From Actinomycetes bacterium (lineage in GTDB: Bacteria; Actinomycetota; Acidimicrobiia; Acidimicrobiales; Palsa-688): a stretch of 64,000 nucleotides of DNA. The stretch covers positions 5,365 through 69,364 of the forward strand of contig JAJYMB010000054.1 in assembly GCA_021787365.1 (NCBI GenBank), in the 5' to 3' direction. A program made the translations under genes and the position numbers. This document shows, piece by piece, positions 45,531 through 55,153 of the stretch. A model generated the notes under the pieces. The model worked only from the letters and a program-made list of their open reading frames with translations. It was not told where the DNA came from and did no database searches. Every line of letters starts with the position of its first letter. The first letter of the stretch is position 1.

Positions 45531-46693
45531 TTGGTGAGATCCTCCTTCACGAACTTGCGCTGGAGCAGGGTCAACACCACTATGAGGGCGAAGAGCAAGA
45601 AGGCGACCGCGGCGCCCATACCGAAGGCGCTGTCTTGGAAGCTGACCTGGTAGGCCAAGTAGCCGGGCGTTATGTCGGTCGGGTTGCTCGGCCCGAGCAG
45701 GAAGCTTTGGTCGAACACCTGCCAGGTCGAGATGAACCCGAGCGTGATCACCAGTACGAGGGTCGGGCGCAGCAGCGGGACGGTCACGCGGCGGAACCTC
45801 TGCCAGGGAGTGGCCCCGTCGATCTCGGTCGCTTCGTCTATGTCCTCACTGATCTGCTGTAGGGCCGCGAGGAAAAACAACATGAACGTGCCCGCCGTGG
45901 TCCAGCTCACCATGACGATCATCACGCACATGCCGAGCGACGGCCCCGCCAGCCACTGCCAAGCGGAAAGGCCCATCACGAGATGGCCGCCCCAGCTAGG
46001 GCTGTTGACCCCGAAGGCCGAGAGGATGAGGGTGAAGAGCCCTCGCTGGTCGTAGATCCAGTCCGGTGTCTGTCGCCACCCGAAGAAGTGGAAAATGCTG
46101 TTGACGACACCCGCGCCCTGGAAGAGGTAGATGAAGATGACTGTGATCGCGATCGAGCTCGTGACCGACGGCAGGTAGTAGGCACTCCGGAAAAACCCTC
46201 GACCTTTCAAGAACTTGTTGTTGACCAGCACGGCTAGAGAGAGAGCTAGCGCGGTCTGCAAGGGCACGGTGAAGATCACGTAGTAAAAGACGTTGCGGAA
46301 CGACTCGGCGAAGTTGGCCTGGTAGAGCCCAGGCTCGGTGAGCAGCGTCTTGTAGTTGGTGAGGCCGACCAGTTTGACACTGCTCGCAAGGGGGGGCGTG
46401 AGGCCGGACCAGTTGGTGAAGCTGACGTAAAGGGCGAGGAAGATGGGCAGGACCACGAACAGGACCAGGATGACCAGCGCCGGCGAGACGAACAGCCAGC
46501 CGAAAAAGCCCTCGCCCTTGCGCAGGGTGCCTGTCGCCCTCGGCCGGCGCACCCGGCTCCGGCGCGCCAAGCGGCGGGTGCCAGCTCTCCCCGCAACGGC
46601 CTCGGCACGCTCCTCGAGGCTGGCAGGAACCGCTGCATATTGGCCCGCCGCCAGCGGGGCGCCGCCTGGGTCGTCACTAGGGACGGATGCCAC
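45527..46693 (-). CDS. carbohydrate ABC transporter permease (MalF-like) with N-terminal extension
   Basis: EAA loop DIDEATEIDGATPWQRFRRVTVPLL. The first ~60 aa are hydrophilic and Arg-rich, so the start is uncertain. Confidence 0.8.
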   Translation of the reverse strand: MASVPSDDPGGAPLAAGQYAAVPASLEERAEAVAGRAGTRRLARRSRVRRPRATGTLRKGEGFFGWLFVSPALVILVLFVVLPIFLALYVSFTNWSGLTPPLASSVKLVGLTNYKTLLTEPGLYQANFAESFRNVFYYVIFTVPLQTALALSLAVLVNNKFLKGRGFFRSAYYLPSVTSSIAITVIFIYLFQGAGVVNSIFHFFGWRQTPDWIYDQRGLFTLILSAFGVNSPSWGGHLVMGLSAWQWLAGPSLGMCVMIVMVSWTTAGTFMLFFLAALQQISEDIDEATEIDGATPWQRFRRVTVPLLRPTLVLVITLGFISTWQVFDQSFLLGPSNPTDITPGYLAYQVSFQDSAFGMGAAVAFLLFALIVVLTLLQRKFVKEDLTK

Positions 46694-46806
46694 TTGGAGA
46701 ACTCCTTGGTTGGCTACGGTCTATAGCGGCAGTGCCGGGCCCTTCCGAGGAGAGCCCGGTGGCCCCGGCACCGCCGATAGGCAATTGGGGGGTACGCTCC
46801 TTGTCG

Positions 46807-48084
46807 CTACGGGTGAAGCAGCGCCTCCGCGTAGGTCTGCAATTGGGAGAGCATCTGGGCCGGGTTGGAAGTCCCGTTGGCCAGGCCGTCGATCTGGTTG
46901 TCGAAGTTGCTCTGGACCGTCGCAAAGCCGATGGTCGCCACCTGCGGCATGGCGTAGGCGTCACCCTGGACGAAGGCCGAAACGTTCGGGTACTCGTTGC
47001 CGCTGGCAACGACCTGCTTCACGTGCTCGGCCGCCCACTGCTTGGCCACGGCCGGCCGCGAGGGCATCACGCCGAAGGCGTTGGCGAACCGCAACTGCTG
47101 GGCCGGCGACGCCAGGTACTTGGCGAAGCTGACCGAAGCGGCCGTGTACTTGCTGGAGGCAGCGATACCCCAGCAGTTGGTGAAGACCAGGGTGCCATGG
47201 TGGCCACCAGGGCCTACCGGCATGGGCACGACTTCGTACTGGATCTTCGGGTAGTCGGTCTGCATGGCGCCGATGATCCAGTTGCCTTCGACCGTCATGG
47301 CCGCCTTCCCGGTGCCAAACGCCTCACCGCCCCAGCCGGCATCGACCTGGGGCGAAAACTTGAGGTAGCCCTTCTTGGCCAGACCTTGGATGTACTTGAG
47401 CGCCTCCAAATTTTGCGGGGAGTCGAAGGTAAACTTCGTGCCGGCAGCGTTCATGTAATTGCCGCCCGCCTCCTTGAAGAAGGCGCCGAGCCGGTCCAGG
47501 GTGTTGGATAAGACTAGGCCCGTCACGCCGTTCCTCGTGAGGGCCTTGGCGTCGTAGGCAAGCTTGGCCCAAGTGGTGGGCAGGTTGGCGTTGGTGAGGC
47601 CGGCTGCCTTCCAGTCGGCGACGTTTATCTCGATGGCCAGGGTCGAGGAGTCCTTCGGCACGCAGTAGAACTGGTGGTTGTAGCTGAACTCCTGCACGAG
47701 CGAGGGGTAGAAATCCTTGGCCGGATAGACGAGGTTGCCTGATTCGAGGAGCTGGCCCTGCTTGACCATGCTCTCGAACATCGGCGTCTCGCCGTAGAAG
47801 ATGTCGGGAGGGCTGCCGCCGGCGAAAGCCTCGGTCAGCTGTTCGGTGAGGTTGGAGGAGTTGATGACGTTGACCTTGTTGCCGGTCTTCTTGCCCCAGG
47901 CGGCCGCTGCCGCTTTGTCGGCACTGGTCTCGGCCGGGCCCGAAGAGGCGATCATGAAATTGAGGGTCACCCCGTGGGTCGGGCCCACGAGCGGGGTGCT
48001 GGCTGCCATGGCCGTGCCCGGCGACATCGCCGCCACGACGACGGCCGTGGCCGCCATGCCCGTTATGGCTTTGGTTCTCTTCAT
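46807..48084 (-). CDS. ABC transporter extracellular solute-binding protein (sugar type)
   Basis: Signal-like MKRTKAITGMAATAVVVAAMSPGTAMA. ATGA overlap with the upstream LacI stop. Confidence 0.8.
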   Translation of the reverse strand: MKRTKAITGMAATAVVVAAMSPGTAMAASTPLVGPTHGVTLNFMIASSGPAETSADKAAAAAWGKKTGNKVNVINSSNLTEQLTEAFAGGSPPDIFYGETPMFESMVKQGQLLESGNLVYPAKDFYPSLVQEFSYNHQFYCVPKDSSTLAIEINVADWKAAGLTNANLPTTWAKLAYDAKALTRNGVTGLVLSNTLDRLGAFFKEAGGNYMNAAGTKFTFDSPQNLEALKYIQGLAKKGYLKFSPQVDAGWGGEAFGTGKAAMTVEGNWIIGAMQTDYPKIQYEVVPMPVGPGGHHGTLVFTNCWGIAASSKYTAASVSFAKYLASPAQQLRFANAFGVMPSRPAVAKQWAAEHVKQVVASGNEYPNVSAFVQGDAYAMPQVATIGFATVQSNFDNQIDGLANGTSNPAQMLSQLQTYAEALLHP

Positions 48085-49238
48085 CTGGTTTGTTCCTTTC
48101 TGTAACTGTCAGGGGTAGGGAGGGTTACGAGAGTCGTCCTGCCCGTGGCGCCCGCGAGTGCTGGGCCGCTCGATTCGCGCGCCACCACCCAGGGAGACAG
48201 GAGGCAACGAGAAGGACGGCGTTGCGTCCCCGAGATCTCGGCGAGGAGGACCTCGACGAGGTTCTGGGCGACGGCTTCTATGGGCTGGCGGACGCTCGAA
48301 AGGCGCGGCCGGAGCACCGACGCGACAGGGCTGTCGTCGAAGCCCACCACCGAGACGTCACGACCCGCCACGAGCCCCCGGTCCTCGAGGGCGCGCACCG
48401 CGCCGACCGCCAACGCGTCGCTCACGCACACGAGGGCAGTCGGCGGCTCGGGCAGGGAGAGAAGCTTTTCGGCGAGGGCCTTGCCGGAGTGGATACCGTC
48501 CTCGGCCCTCCCGACGAGCGTCGAACAGGGCAAGCCAAGGGCCGCCGTCGCTCGCTGCCAACCATGGAACCGGTCGTCACCGGTCCCACTGCCCTCGGGC
48601 AATGCCAGGCAGCCGATGCGGGAGTGCCCGAGCCCAGCCAGGTGGTGGACGGCCTCGGACGTGCCTGCCGCACCGTCTACGTCCACCCAGGAGTGGGCTG
48701 GGTTGGCATCGCCCCAAGGCCGCCCGAAAGCCACGAAGTGGACGCCGGCGGCGGTCAGCCACTCAGGGCGGACGTCGCCGTAGTGGGTATTGGCGAGCAC
48801 GAACCCGTCTACGGCGCTCCGCCGCAGTAGGTCGTCGCAGACCTCGATCTCCTCGTCGTCGCTCGCCACCGAAAACGTGAGCACGTCGTAGCCCTTCGAG
48901 CGGGCCGCATCGCAAAGGGCGTGCAGCAGCCGGTCGAGGACCCCGCCCGTGCCGCCAGCGTTGGAAGGGAGGAGCCGGCACCCTATGACTTGGGTGGAGC
49001 GCGTCCGCAGCGAGCGCGCCGCCTTGCTCGGGCGGTACCCGAGCTCGTCGATCACGCCTAGGACTTTCTGCAAGGTCTCCGGGCGGAGCCGGTGGGGGGC
49101 ATTTGCCGCATTGGACACGGTCTGGCGGGAGACGCCTGCCCGCTTGGCCACCATCTCGATGGTCGGCCTCTTGTCCCTCGGCACCGCCCGGGCCCGCCCG
49201 GGCCCGCCCGGTGCCCTACCCCTCTGGGCGGCGGCCAT
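48081..49238 (-). CDS. LacI family transcriptional regulator
   Basis: HTH TIEMVAKRAGVSRQTVSNAANAPHRLRPETLQKVLGVIDELGYRPSKAARSLR and a periplasmic-binding-fold C-domain. The start may be internal to the track ORF. Confidence 0.85.
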   Translation of the reverse strand: MAAAQRGRAPGGPGRARAVPRDKRPTIEMVAKRAGVSRQTVSNAANAPHRLRPETLQKVLGVIDELGYRPSKAARSLRTRSTQVIGCRLLPSNAGGTGGVLDRLLHALCDAARSKGYDVLTFSVASDDEEIEVCDDLLRRSAVDGFVLANTHYGDVRPEWLTAAGVHFVAFGRPWGDANPAHSWVDVDGAAGTSEAVHHLAGLGHSRIGCLALPEGSGTGDDRFHGWQRATAALGLPCSTLVGRAEDGIHSGKALAEKLLSLPEPPTALVCVSDALAVGAVRALEDRGLVAGRDVSVVGFDDSPVASVLRPRLSSVRQPIEAVAQNLVEVLLAEISGTQRRPSRCLLSPWVVARESSGPALAGATGRTTLVTLPTPDSYRKEQTR

Positions 49239-49290
49239 AGCCTCACCCCCTCTGCTCCCAACTGGCCGGCCGTGCGCCGGGCTACCTGCG

Positions 49291-49302
49291 TTGAACGTTC
49301 AA
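49291..49302. promoter_or_regulatory. perfect palindrome TTGAACGTTCAA, candidate LacI-family operator
   Basis: 12-bp perfect palindrome with central CG in the 83-nt divergent region between the LacI gene and the debranching-type enzyme gene, 20 nt before ATG 49322. Confidence 0.5.
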
Positions 49303-49321
49303 AGAAACTACCCTAGCCAAT

Positions 49322-51499
49322 ATGAACGATCAAGTCGCCCCCGTCGGCTGGCCGGAGGCCACGGAGGGTGTGCAGTTGGCTCCACAAGGCGGGGGGGCCT
49401 CCCGCTCCAAACCTGCGGGCAGGGGCCAGCCCTACCTGCACAACATGGTCACCGCGGTCTGTGCACCAGCCATGGCCCTCTCCGGCGCCGACGGGCAGGT
49501 CCGGCCCGGTGGCGCCCAAGGGCTCTACGTGAACGACGTCAGAGTCCTGTCCGCGCTCGTGCTGTCAGTAGGCGGACAAGAGCCCGTCTCCCTCCGCCGC
49601 GACCTGGTGGGAGGAGCGGTCAACGAGTTCCAGGCGCTGCTCGGCGGGCCGAAGGAGGGCCAGCCCGACCCCCGGGCCCTCATCACGCGCCACCGCCAAC
49701 TCCACCCGCGGGGGATGATAGAGCACATCAGCTTCCGCTCGTACGCGTCCGAACAGCTCTCGTTTCGCGCCGAACTGTTGCTCTTCTCGGATTTCGCCGG
49801 CATCGCCGCCGTCAAACAGGGGCTACCGACCCTGGCCCTTCCCGCCCGCGGTACTGACAGGGGGCTGTCGTGGGACGTACCAGGCCGCTGCTCGGCTGAG
49901 GTGACCGGCTCGCCCACGCCCGCCTCGGTCGACGCCTCACACGGGCTCCTCGCGTGGGACATCGCGCTCTCGCCCGGAGCGGCCACAACGGTCTCGCTCT
50001 CGGTCGAGTTTGACGAAGAAGCGGGCGACGCCCCGGTGGAGGCCGCGGCCGCCGGCCTGGCCGAGCTCACGGCGCCCACCGTGCTCGCCGGCGACCACCG
50101 TCTCGCGAGGTGGGTCGAGCTCTCGGTGGCCGACCTGGCGCAACTGCGCATGGCCGCCTCGGGACAGCCGGGCGAGGTCTTCGTGGCCGCTGGCGCCCCC
50201 TGGTACCTAACTCTTTTCGGGCGGGACTCGCTCTGGGCAGCGCGCCTGCTCCTGCCGCTCGGGACCGACCTCGCCCTCGGCACGCTCGGCGCGCTGGCGC
50301 GCCGGCAGGGCCGCTCGGACGACCCGCGCACGGCGGAGCAAGTCGGCAAGATCCTCCACGAACTGCGCCGGAGCACGTCCTACGACGCTGGCCACGAAGG
50401 CAAGCGGGACCGGAACTACTTTTCGCTCCCACCCGTCTACTACGGCACGGTCGACGCCACCCCGCTCTGGGTCTGCCTGCTGCACGACGCCTGGCGCTGG
50501 GGCGCCCACGAGGAGCGCGTGGAGGCCCTGCTCGGCCCCATGGTCGGCTGCCTCGAGTGGCTGGCGGAGAGAGGTTCCGACGAGCGGGGCTTCCTCTCCT
50601 ACGTCGATGCCTCGGGTCATGGCTTGGCCAACCAGGGCTGGAAAGATTCCACCGACGCGGTCCAGTACCGCGACGGCCGGCTGGCAGAGGCCCCGGTGGC
50701 CCTGTGCGAAGTCCAGGGGTACGCCTACGAGGCGGCGGTGGGGGGCGCCGAACTGCTCGACGCGTTCGGGCGGCCCGGGGCGGAGCGCTGGCGGGCATTC
50801 GCCGAGCGCCTGGCGGAGCAGTTCCGGGCGAGGTTCTGGGTGGACGACGCTCTCGGTGCCTATCCGGCGATGGCACTCGACGGCCAGGGTGTCCCAGTCG
50901 ACTCGCTCAGCTCCAACATCGGTCACCTGCTCGGCACGGGCATCCTCAACACAGAGGAGGAAGAGCTGGTCGCCCGCCGCCTCGGCGGGCCGGACCTCGG
51001 CTCCGGCTTCGGCCTGCGCACGCTCGCCAAATCGTCACGAGGTTTCAACCCCGTGAGCTACCACTGCGGCTCGGTGTGGGCACACGATACGGCCATAGCG
51101 GTGGCCGGCCTCGCTCGCACCGGCACCCCGAGCGCCCTCGCGGCCGCCGCTTCTTTGGTCGAGGGCCTGCTGGCGGCGGCCGAAAGCTTCGGCTACCGGG
51201 TGCCCGAGCTCTACGGCGGCAACGACAGGTGCGCCTTCGCCGGCCCCGTGCCCTACCCCGCGTCCTGCCACCCCCAGGCGTGGACGGCCGCCGCCTCGGT
51301 GGCCGTGCTCAGCTCGCTCCTCCGGCTCCAACCCGACGTACCCCGCCGGCGGGTCCGCCTGGCACCGATCACTTCCGCAACCTGCCTGCGTTCGGTCGAT
51401 GGCCTGTCTGTCGCCGGTCACAAGGTGAAGGTCGAGGTCGCGGGCGACCAAGCGCGCCTTTCGGGCCTGCCACCGGGGATCGAGGTGGCCTCCTTATAG
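49322..51499 (+). CDS. glycogen debranching enzyme-type protein (amylo-alpha-1,6-glucosidase / GDE_C family)
   Basis: 725 aa with the characteristic GAPWYLTLFGRDSLWA segment, then an (alpha/alpha)6-type C-domain with GWKDS and VWAHD segments. Confidence 0.75.
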   Translation: MNDQVAPVGWPEATEGVQLAPQGGGASRSKPAGRGQPYLHNMVTAVCAPAMALSGADGQVRPGGAQGLYVNDVRVLSALVLSVGGQEPVSLRRDLVGGAVNEFQALLGGPKEGQPDPRALITRHRQLHPRGMIEHISFRSYASEQLSFRAELLLFSDFAGIAAVKQGLPTLALPARGTDRGLSWDVPGRCSAEVTGSPTPASVDASHGLLAWDIALSPGAATTVSLSVEFDEEAGDAPVEAAAAGLAELTAPTVLAGDHRLARWVELSVADLAQLRMAASGQPGEVFVAAGAPWYLTLFGRDSLWAARLLLPLGTDLALGTLGALARRQGRSDDPRTAEQVGKILHELRRSTSYDAGHEGKRDRNYFSLPPVYYGTVDATPLWVCLLHDAWRWGAHEERVEALLGPMVGCLEWLAERGSDERGFLSYVDASGHGLANQGWKDSTDAVQYRDGRLAEAPVALCEVQGYAYEAAVGGAELLDAFGRPGAERWRAFAERLAEQFRARFWVDDALGAYPAMALDGQGVPVDSLSSNIGHLLGTGILNTEEEELVARRLGGPDLGSGFGLRTLAKSSRGFNPVSYHCGSVWAHDTAIAVAGLARTGTPSALAAAASLVEGLLAAAESFGYRVPELYGGNDRCAFAGPVPYPASCHPQAWTAAASVAVLSSLLRLQPDVPRRRVRLAPITSATCLRSVDGLSVAGHKVKVEVAGDQARLSGLPPGIEVASL

Positions 51500-51602
51500 G
51501 TTGGCGGCCTGGCCTCCGAGGGGGGAACGGGCGAAGGCCAGGCCGGTCGTGGCCGGCGGCGGCGCCGAAAGCACTTCCGCCGGCACGTCTTGTTAGGCGC
51601 CG

Positions 51603-52562
51603 CTACCCGGTAAGGCTCCCGAGCAGGAGCCCGCCGCGCCACCATCGCTGCAGGACGAGGAACAACACGATGATCGGCACGATCGTGACCAGGCCGGCGC
51701 ACACGGTGTAGAGGTAGAAGTCCTGGTAACCGCCGCCGGAAACCGAGTGCTGGAACCACACGTAGACACCCACGGGGAGCGGGTCGAGGCTGGTCCGGTT
51801 GTTGACGATGAAGGGCAAGAAGTAGTTGTTCCACGACGCCACGACGGAGAGGAGGAAGACGGTGATGAGGGCCGGCGTCATGAGGGGGACGGCTATGCGT
51901 AAAAAAAGCGTGGCCTCCCTCGCCCCGTCCACGCGGGCGGCGTCGAGCAGTTCCTGGGGCACGGCGGCCGAGATGTACACCCTCATCAAGTAGACGCCGA
52001 CCGGGCTCACCATAAAGGGGAGGATGATCCCCTCCATCGTCGAGTCCATGTGCACCTTGGCGTAGAGGATGTAAAGGGGGATCGCGACCGCAGTCAGGGG
52101 GATGAGCAGGGCAGACAGCACGATCATGAAAAGGGCGTGGTTGCCCCGGAAGCGGAACTTGGCGAAGCCGTAACCGGCCGTAGCAGACAATATGGTCGCC
52201 CCCGCCCCACCGCAGAAGGCATATATGACTGTGTTCTGGAACCACTGCGAGAGCGACCCCTGAGACTGGTTGGTGAATATCGCGTGGATGTTGTGGAAAA
52301 ACCTGAAGGGATGGGCAAACCAAAAGCCGAAGGTGGCAAACAGGTTGGGCTCGGTCTTGGTCGAGTTGACCAGGATCCACCAGACCGGTATGAGCGTGAA
52401 CACCGCGAAGAGCACAGCCAGTGCGGTCGCGATGGCCACAGTCCCCCTCCGGAGGCCGTAGAGGCGCAGCGGGACGACGCTTGGGTCCTCGCGGCGCCTA
52501 CGGGGCTTCCTGGGAGCAGGCGCGCGCAACGCCGCCGGCGTAGGGGCGGTGGTGGCCGTCAT
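51603..52562 (-). CDS. carbohydrate ABC transporter permease (MalG-like)
   Basis: Start reassigned to ATG 52562 (ATGA overlap with the upstream stop). EAA loop ELLDAARVDGAREATLFLRIAVPLM. Confidence 0.85.
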   Translation of the reverse strand: MTATTAPTPAALRAPAPRKPRRRREDPSVVPLRLYGLRRGTVAIATALAVLFAVFTLIPVWWILVNSTKTEPNLFATFGFWFAHPFRFFHNIHAIFTNQSQGSLSQWFQNTVIYAFCGGAGATILSATAGYGFAKFRFRGNHALFMIVLSALLIPLTAVAIPLYILYAKVHMDSTMEGIILPFMVSPVGVYLMRVYISAAVPQELLDAARVDGAREATLFLRIAVPLMTPALITVFLLSVVASWNNYFLPFIVNNRTSLDPLPVGVYVWFQHSVSGGGYQDFYLYTVCAGLVTIVPIIVLFLVLQRWWRGGLLLGSLTG

Positions 52563-53533
52563 ATCCACCCTCCCTTCCTCCTCCGCACCATGACGAAGGC
52601 CACCGAAATGACTATGATTATGAGGGCAAGGACAAACGATATCGCAGCTGCCAGGTTGTACTCTTGGGCGGCATAGGCCTGGTTGTAGAGGTATATCGTC
52701 GGGGTGTAATTGTACGACACGTTGGTCGTGAAGACCGTGAGCACCTCGGGCTCGACGAAAAGCTGGAGCGCCCCGATTATGTTGAGGATCCCGACCAGCG
52801 TTATAGCTGGCGCTACCATCGGCAGCTTCACCCTGGTAATGACCCGTCCGAGGTGCGCCCCGTCGATCACCGCCGACTCCACCACGTCGCGGGGCACCGA
52901 CCTGAGCGCCGTGAACAAGATGACCATTGTGTAGCCGGTCCACTCCCAGGTGGCAATGACGATGATCGAACCGAGCAAGGGCGCGCCGGCACCCAGGAAG
53001 TTGAAGTGCCCGAGGCCGATGTCCTGGAGGATGCGGTCGAGCGGCCCGTAGGGGTCCTCGAAGAGGAACGACCACATCACACCGGCCACTACCGTCGGCA
53101 CGGCAAAGGGGATGAAGAAAATGGTCCTGAAAACGGCTCCCCACTTCGCCACCCCTAGGTCGAACAGGGTGGCAAAAAATGTCGCAATTATGATGAGCAC
53201 CGGCACCTGGATGGCCGCGTAGATCGCTGTGCGGAGCATCCCACGCCAGAAGGCCCCGCTCTCGAGCGCCGTCTTGTAATTGGAGAGGCCGGTGAAAACA
53301 GTCCCACCGACCAGTCGCGTCGTGAAAAAGCTGTCATATAGCGCATAGATGATCGGGATGACCAAGAAGAAAAGGAACATCACGAAAAAAGGCAGGATGA
53401 AGACGAGCCCCCACCGCTCGGTGCGCGTGAAGCGCCGGACTTCGGGCCCGTGGCCCTTGCGCACGAGCAGCGAGTGCCGGTCGGCCGGGAGGGCGTTCCT
53501 GTTTTGGACAACCACGTCGGTCATGTCGGTCAT
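52559..53533 (-). CDS. carbohydrate ABC transporter permease (MalF-like)
   Basis: EAA loop DVVESAVIDGAHLGRVITRVKLPMV. Confidence 0.85.
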   Translation of the reverse strand: MTDMTDVVVQNRNALPADRHSLLVRKGHGPEVRRFTRTERWGLVFILPFFVMFLFFLVIPIIYALYDSFFTTRLVGGTVFTGLSNYKTALESGAFWRGMLRTAIYAAIQVPVLIIIATFFATLFDLGVAKWGAVFRTIFFIPFAVPTVVAGVMWSFLFEDPYGPLDRILQDIGLGHFNFLGAGAPLLGSIIVIATWEWTGYTMVILFTALRSVPRDVVESAVIDGAHLGRVITRVKLPMVAPAITLVGILNIIGALQLFVEPEVLTVFTTNVSYNYTPTIYLYNQAYAAQEYNLAAAISFVLALIIIVISVAFVMVRRRKGGWI

Positions 53534-53580
53534 CGCCTCGGCTGCAACTCAGTCCGGCTCAGCTCGGTACCACCATCGGC

Positions 53581-55134
53581 TCAGCCCCCGGGCTCGACGG
53601 TCGCCTCGAGCACGCAGAACGACCGCGCCGGCAACGCGACGGACAGTACCTCACCTTTGGCCTCCTCCGAGCCCTCCTCCACGTGGACCTGGTCCAGCTG
53701 GAGCTCGCCCGTCCGGCGCTGGCCGGCGGTCAGCACATGCGCCGTGAGGCGCCCGTCCCAAGCTGCGTCCCGGACCACCACCTCGACGCCCGCCAGATCC
53801 TGCTCACCGCGGTTGACGACGGTCACCGAGATGCGGCCGGACACAGGTTCAAAGGTGGCCGAAGCATCGAGCACGCAGAACGGGCCGAGGTCGGCCAAGC
53901 GGTGGCCCCAACGGTCCTCCCCGCCAGCGGGCGCCTCGACGAGCGGGCCTTCGGCCCAGGCATCGACCGCCAGTTCCAGGGCGGCGCGCGAGTGGAAGAG
54001 AAACGGGTAGTAGATCGGTTGGGTCGCCGCCGTGGCGGGGCTCGTCACCACGGGCGCGATGGCATTGACCAGCTGGGCCAGGTTGGCCATCGCCACCCAG
54101 TCGCTGTGGCGGACAAAGATGTTGAGGTAGGTGGCGACGGCCAAGGCGTCGCTCCAGTCGTAGCGTTCTTCGAGCGTCCCGTCTGCCGTGCGGTACCAGA
54201 CGTTCCACTCGTCGTAGGCGATCCGCGGGGCCGCAGCTAGGCGCTGGTTGTACGCGGCCTCCGACAGGGCGGCGGAGGTGTACCTGATCGCACGCTCGGC
54301 CTGGTGGGGGGTGAGGACGTTGGTCCAGTAGTCCGAGGAACCGGTGTATATGTGCAGCGAATGGAGGTCGACCAGGCTGGCAAGGCCGTCCACGACCGCC
54401 CGGTCCCAGTCGCTCCAACCCGAAAGCCCGCAGCTCACCAGCTTGACGCTCGGGTCGAGACGACGGATGGCCCTGGCCCAGCGCCTGGCTTCCGAGACGT
54501 ACTCGGCCGCCGAGAGCTGGCCCACCTGCCACTCCCCGTACATCTCGTTGCCGAGGCCCCAGTAGACGACCCCGTAGGGCTCCTCGTGCCCGTTGTGGCG
54601 CCGCTGGTCGGCCCAGTAGCTCTTCACGGCCGAGTTGCAGTACTCCACCCAAGCCAAGGCCTCTTCGAGCGTCCCGGTGCCCATGTTGAGGCAGATATAG
54701 GGGGCCGCCCCGAGCTCGGCGCAATAGGCGAGGAACTCGTCGGTACCGAAGTGGTTGGGCTCCACTCCCCCCCAGGCCAGCTCGGTCCGCGCCGGGCGGT
54801 CTTTGCGTGGCCCGACCCCGTCGGCCCAGTGGTAGTTGGAGGCGAAGTTGCCTCCAGGCCAACGGAGCACCGGGATGCCGAGGGGCCGGAGGAGCCCGAG
54901 CACGTCCCGGCGAAAACCCCTCTCGTCGGAGAGAGGTGAGCCCTCCTCGAAGATGCCACCGTTTATGCAGCGCCCGAGGTGCTCGACGAACCCTCCGAAC
55001 ACCTCGCGAGGCAGCCGGGCGACCGGCCTCCCCGGGTCCACCACGACCCGCGGGGCACGCGCCCGGGCCTCGCCCGCACCGCTCACCGGCCCAGCAGCGT
55101 TCACAGACCCGTTCCCCCTAGCCTCATCGGACAC
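53581..55134 (-). CDS. abfA: alpha-L-arabinofuranosidase (GH51)
   Basis: FGGFVEHLGRCINGGIFE, VLRWPGGNFASNYHWADGVGP and WGLGNEMYGEWQVG (acid/base Glu in GNE). The GTG 55134 start is uncertain because an operator-like motif sits 4 nt upstream. Confidence 0.85.
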   Translation of the reverse strand: MSDEARGNGSVNAAGPVSGAGEARARAPRVVVDPGRPVARLPREVFGGFVEHLGRCINGGIFEEGSPLSDERGFRRDVLGLLRPLGIPVLRWPGGNFASNYHWADGVGPRKDRPARTELAWGGVEPNHFGTDEFLAYCAELGAAPYICLNMGTGTLEEALAWVEYCNSAVKSYWADQRRHNGHEEPYGVVYWGLGNEMYGEWQVGQLSAAEYVSEARRWARAIRRLDPSVKLVSCGLSGWSDWDRAVVDGLASLVDLHSLHIYTGSSDYWTNVLTPHQAERAIRYTSAALSEAAYNQRLAAAPRIAYDEWNVWYRTADGTLEERYDWSDALAVATYLNIFVRHSDWVAMANLAQLVNAIAPVVTSPATAATQPIYYPFLFHSRAALELAVDAWAEGPLVEAPAGGEDRWGHRLADLGPFCVLDASATFEPVSGRISVTVVNRGEQDLAGVEVVVRDAAWDGRLTAHVLTAGQRRTGELQLDQVHVEEGSEEAKGEVLSVALPARSFCVLEATVEPGG

Positions 55135-55137
55135 CTG

Positions 55138-55153
55138 TTGAGAACGCTAACAT
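55138..55153. promoter_or_regulatory. ara-locus operator-like 16-mer, copy 1
   Basis: Minus-sense ATGTTAGCGTTCTCAA, immediately upstream of the GH51 gene. Confidence 0.5.

Noticed and set aside
50110-51711. 533-aa plus-strand ORF, with the related ORFs 50067..50876 (-) and 51418..52380 (-)
   Set aside because: These are off-frame or antisense to the debranching-type enzyme and permease genes, have extreme Arg/Pro/Gly composition and show no recognisable motifs.
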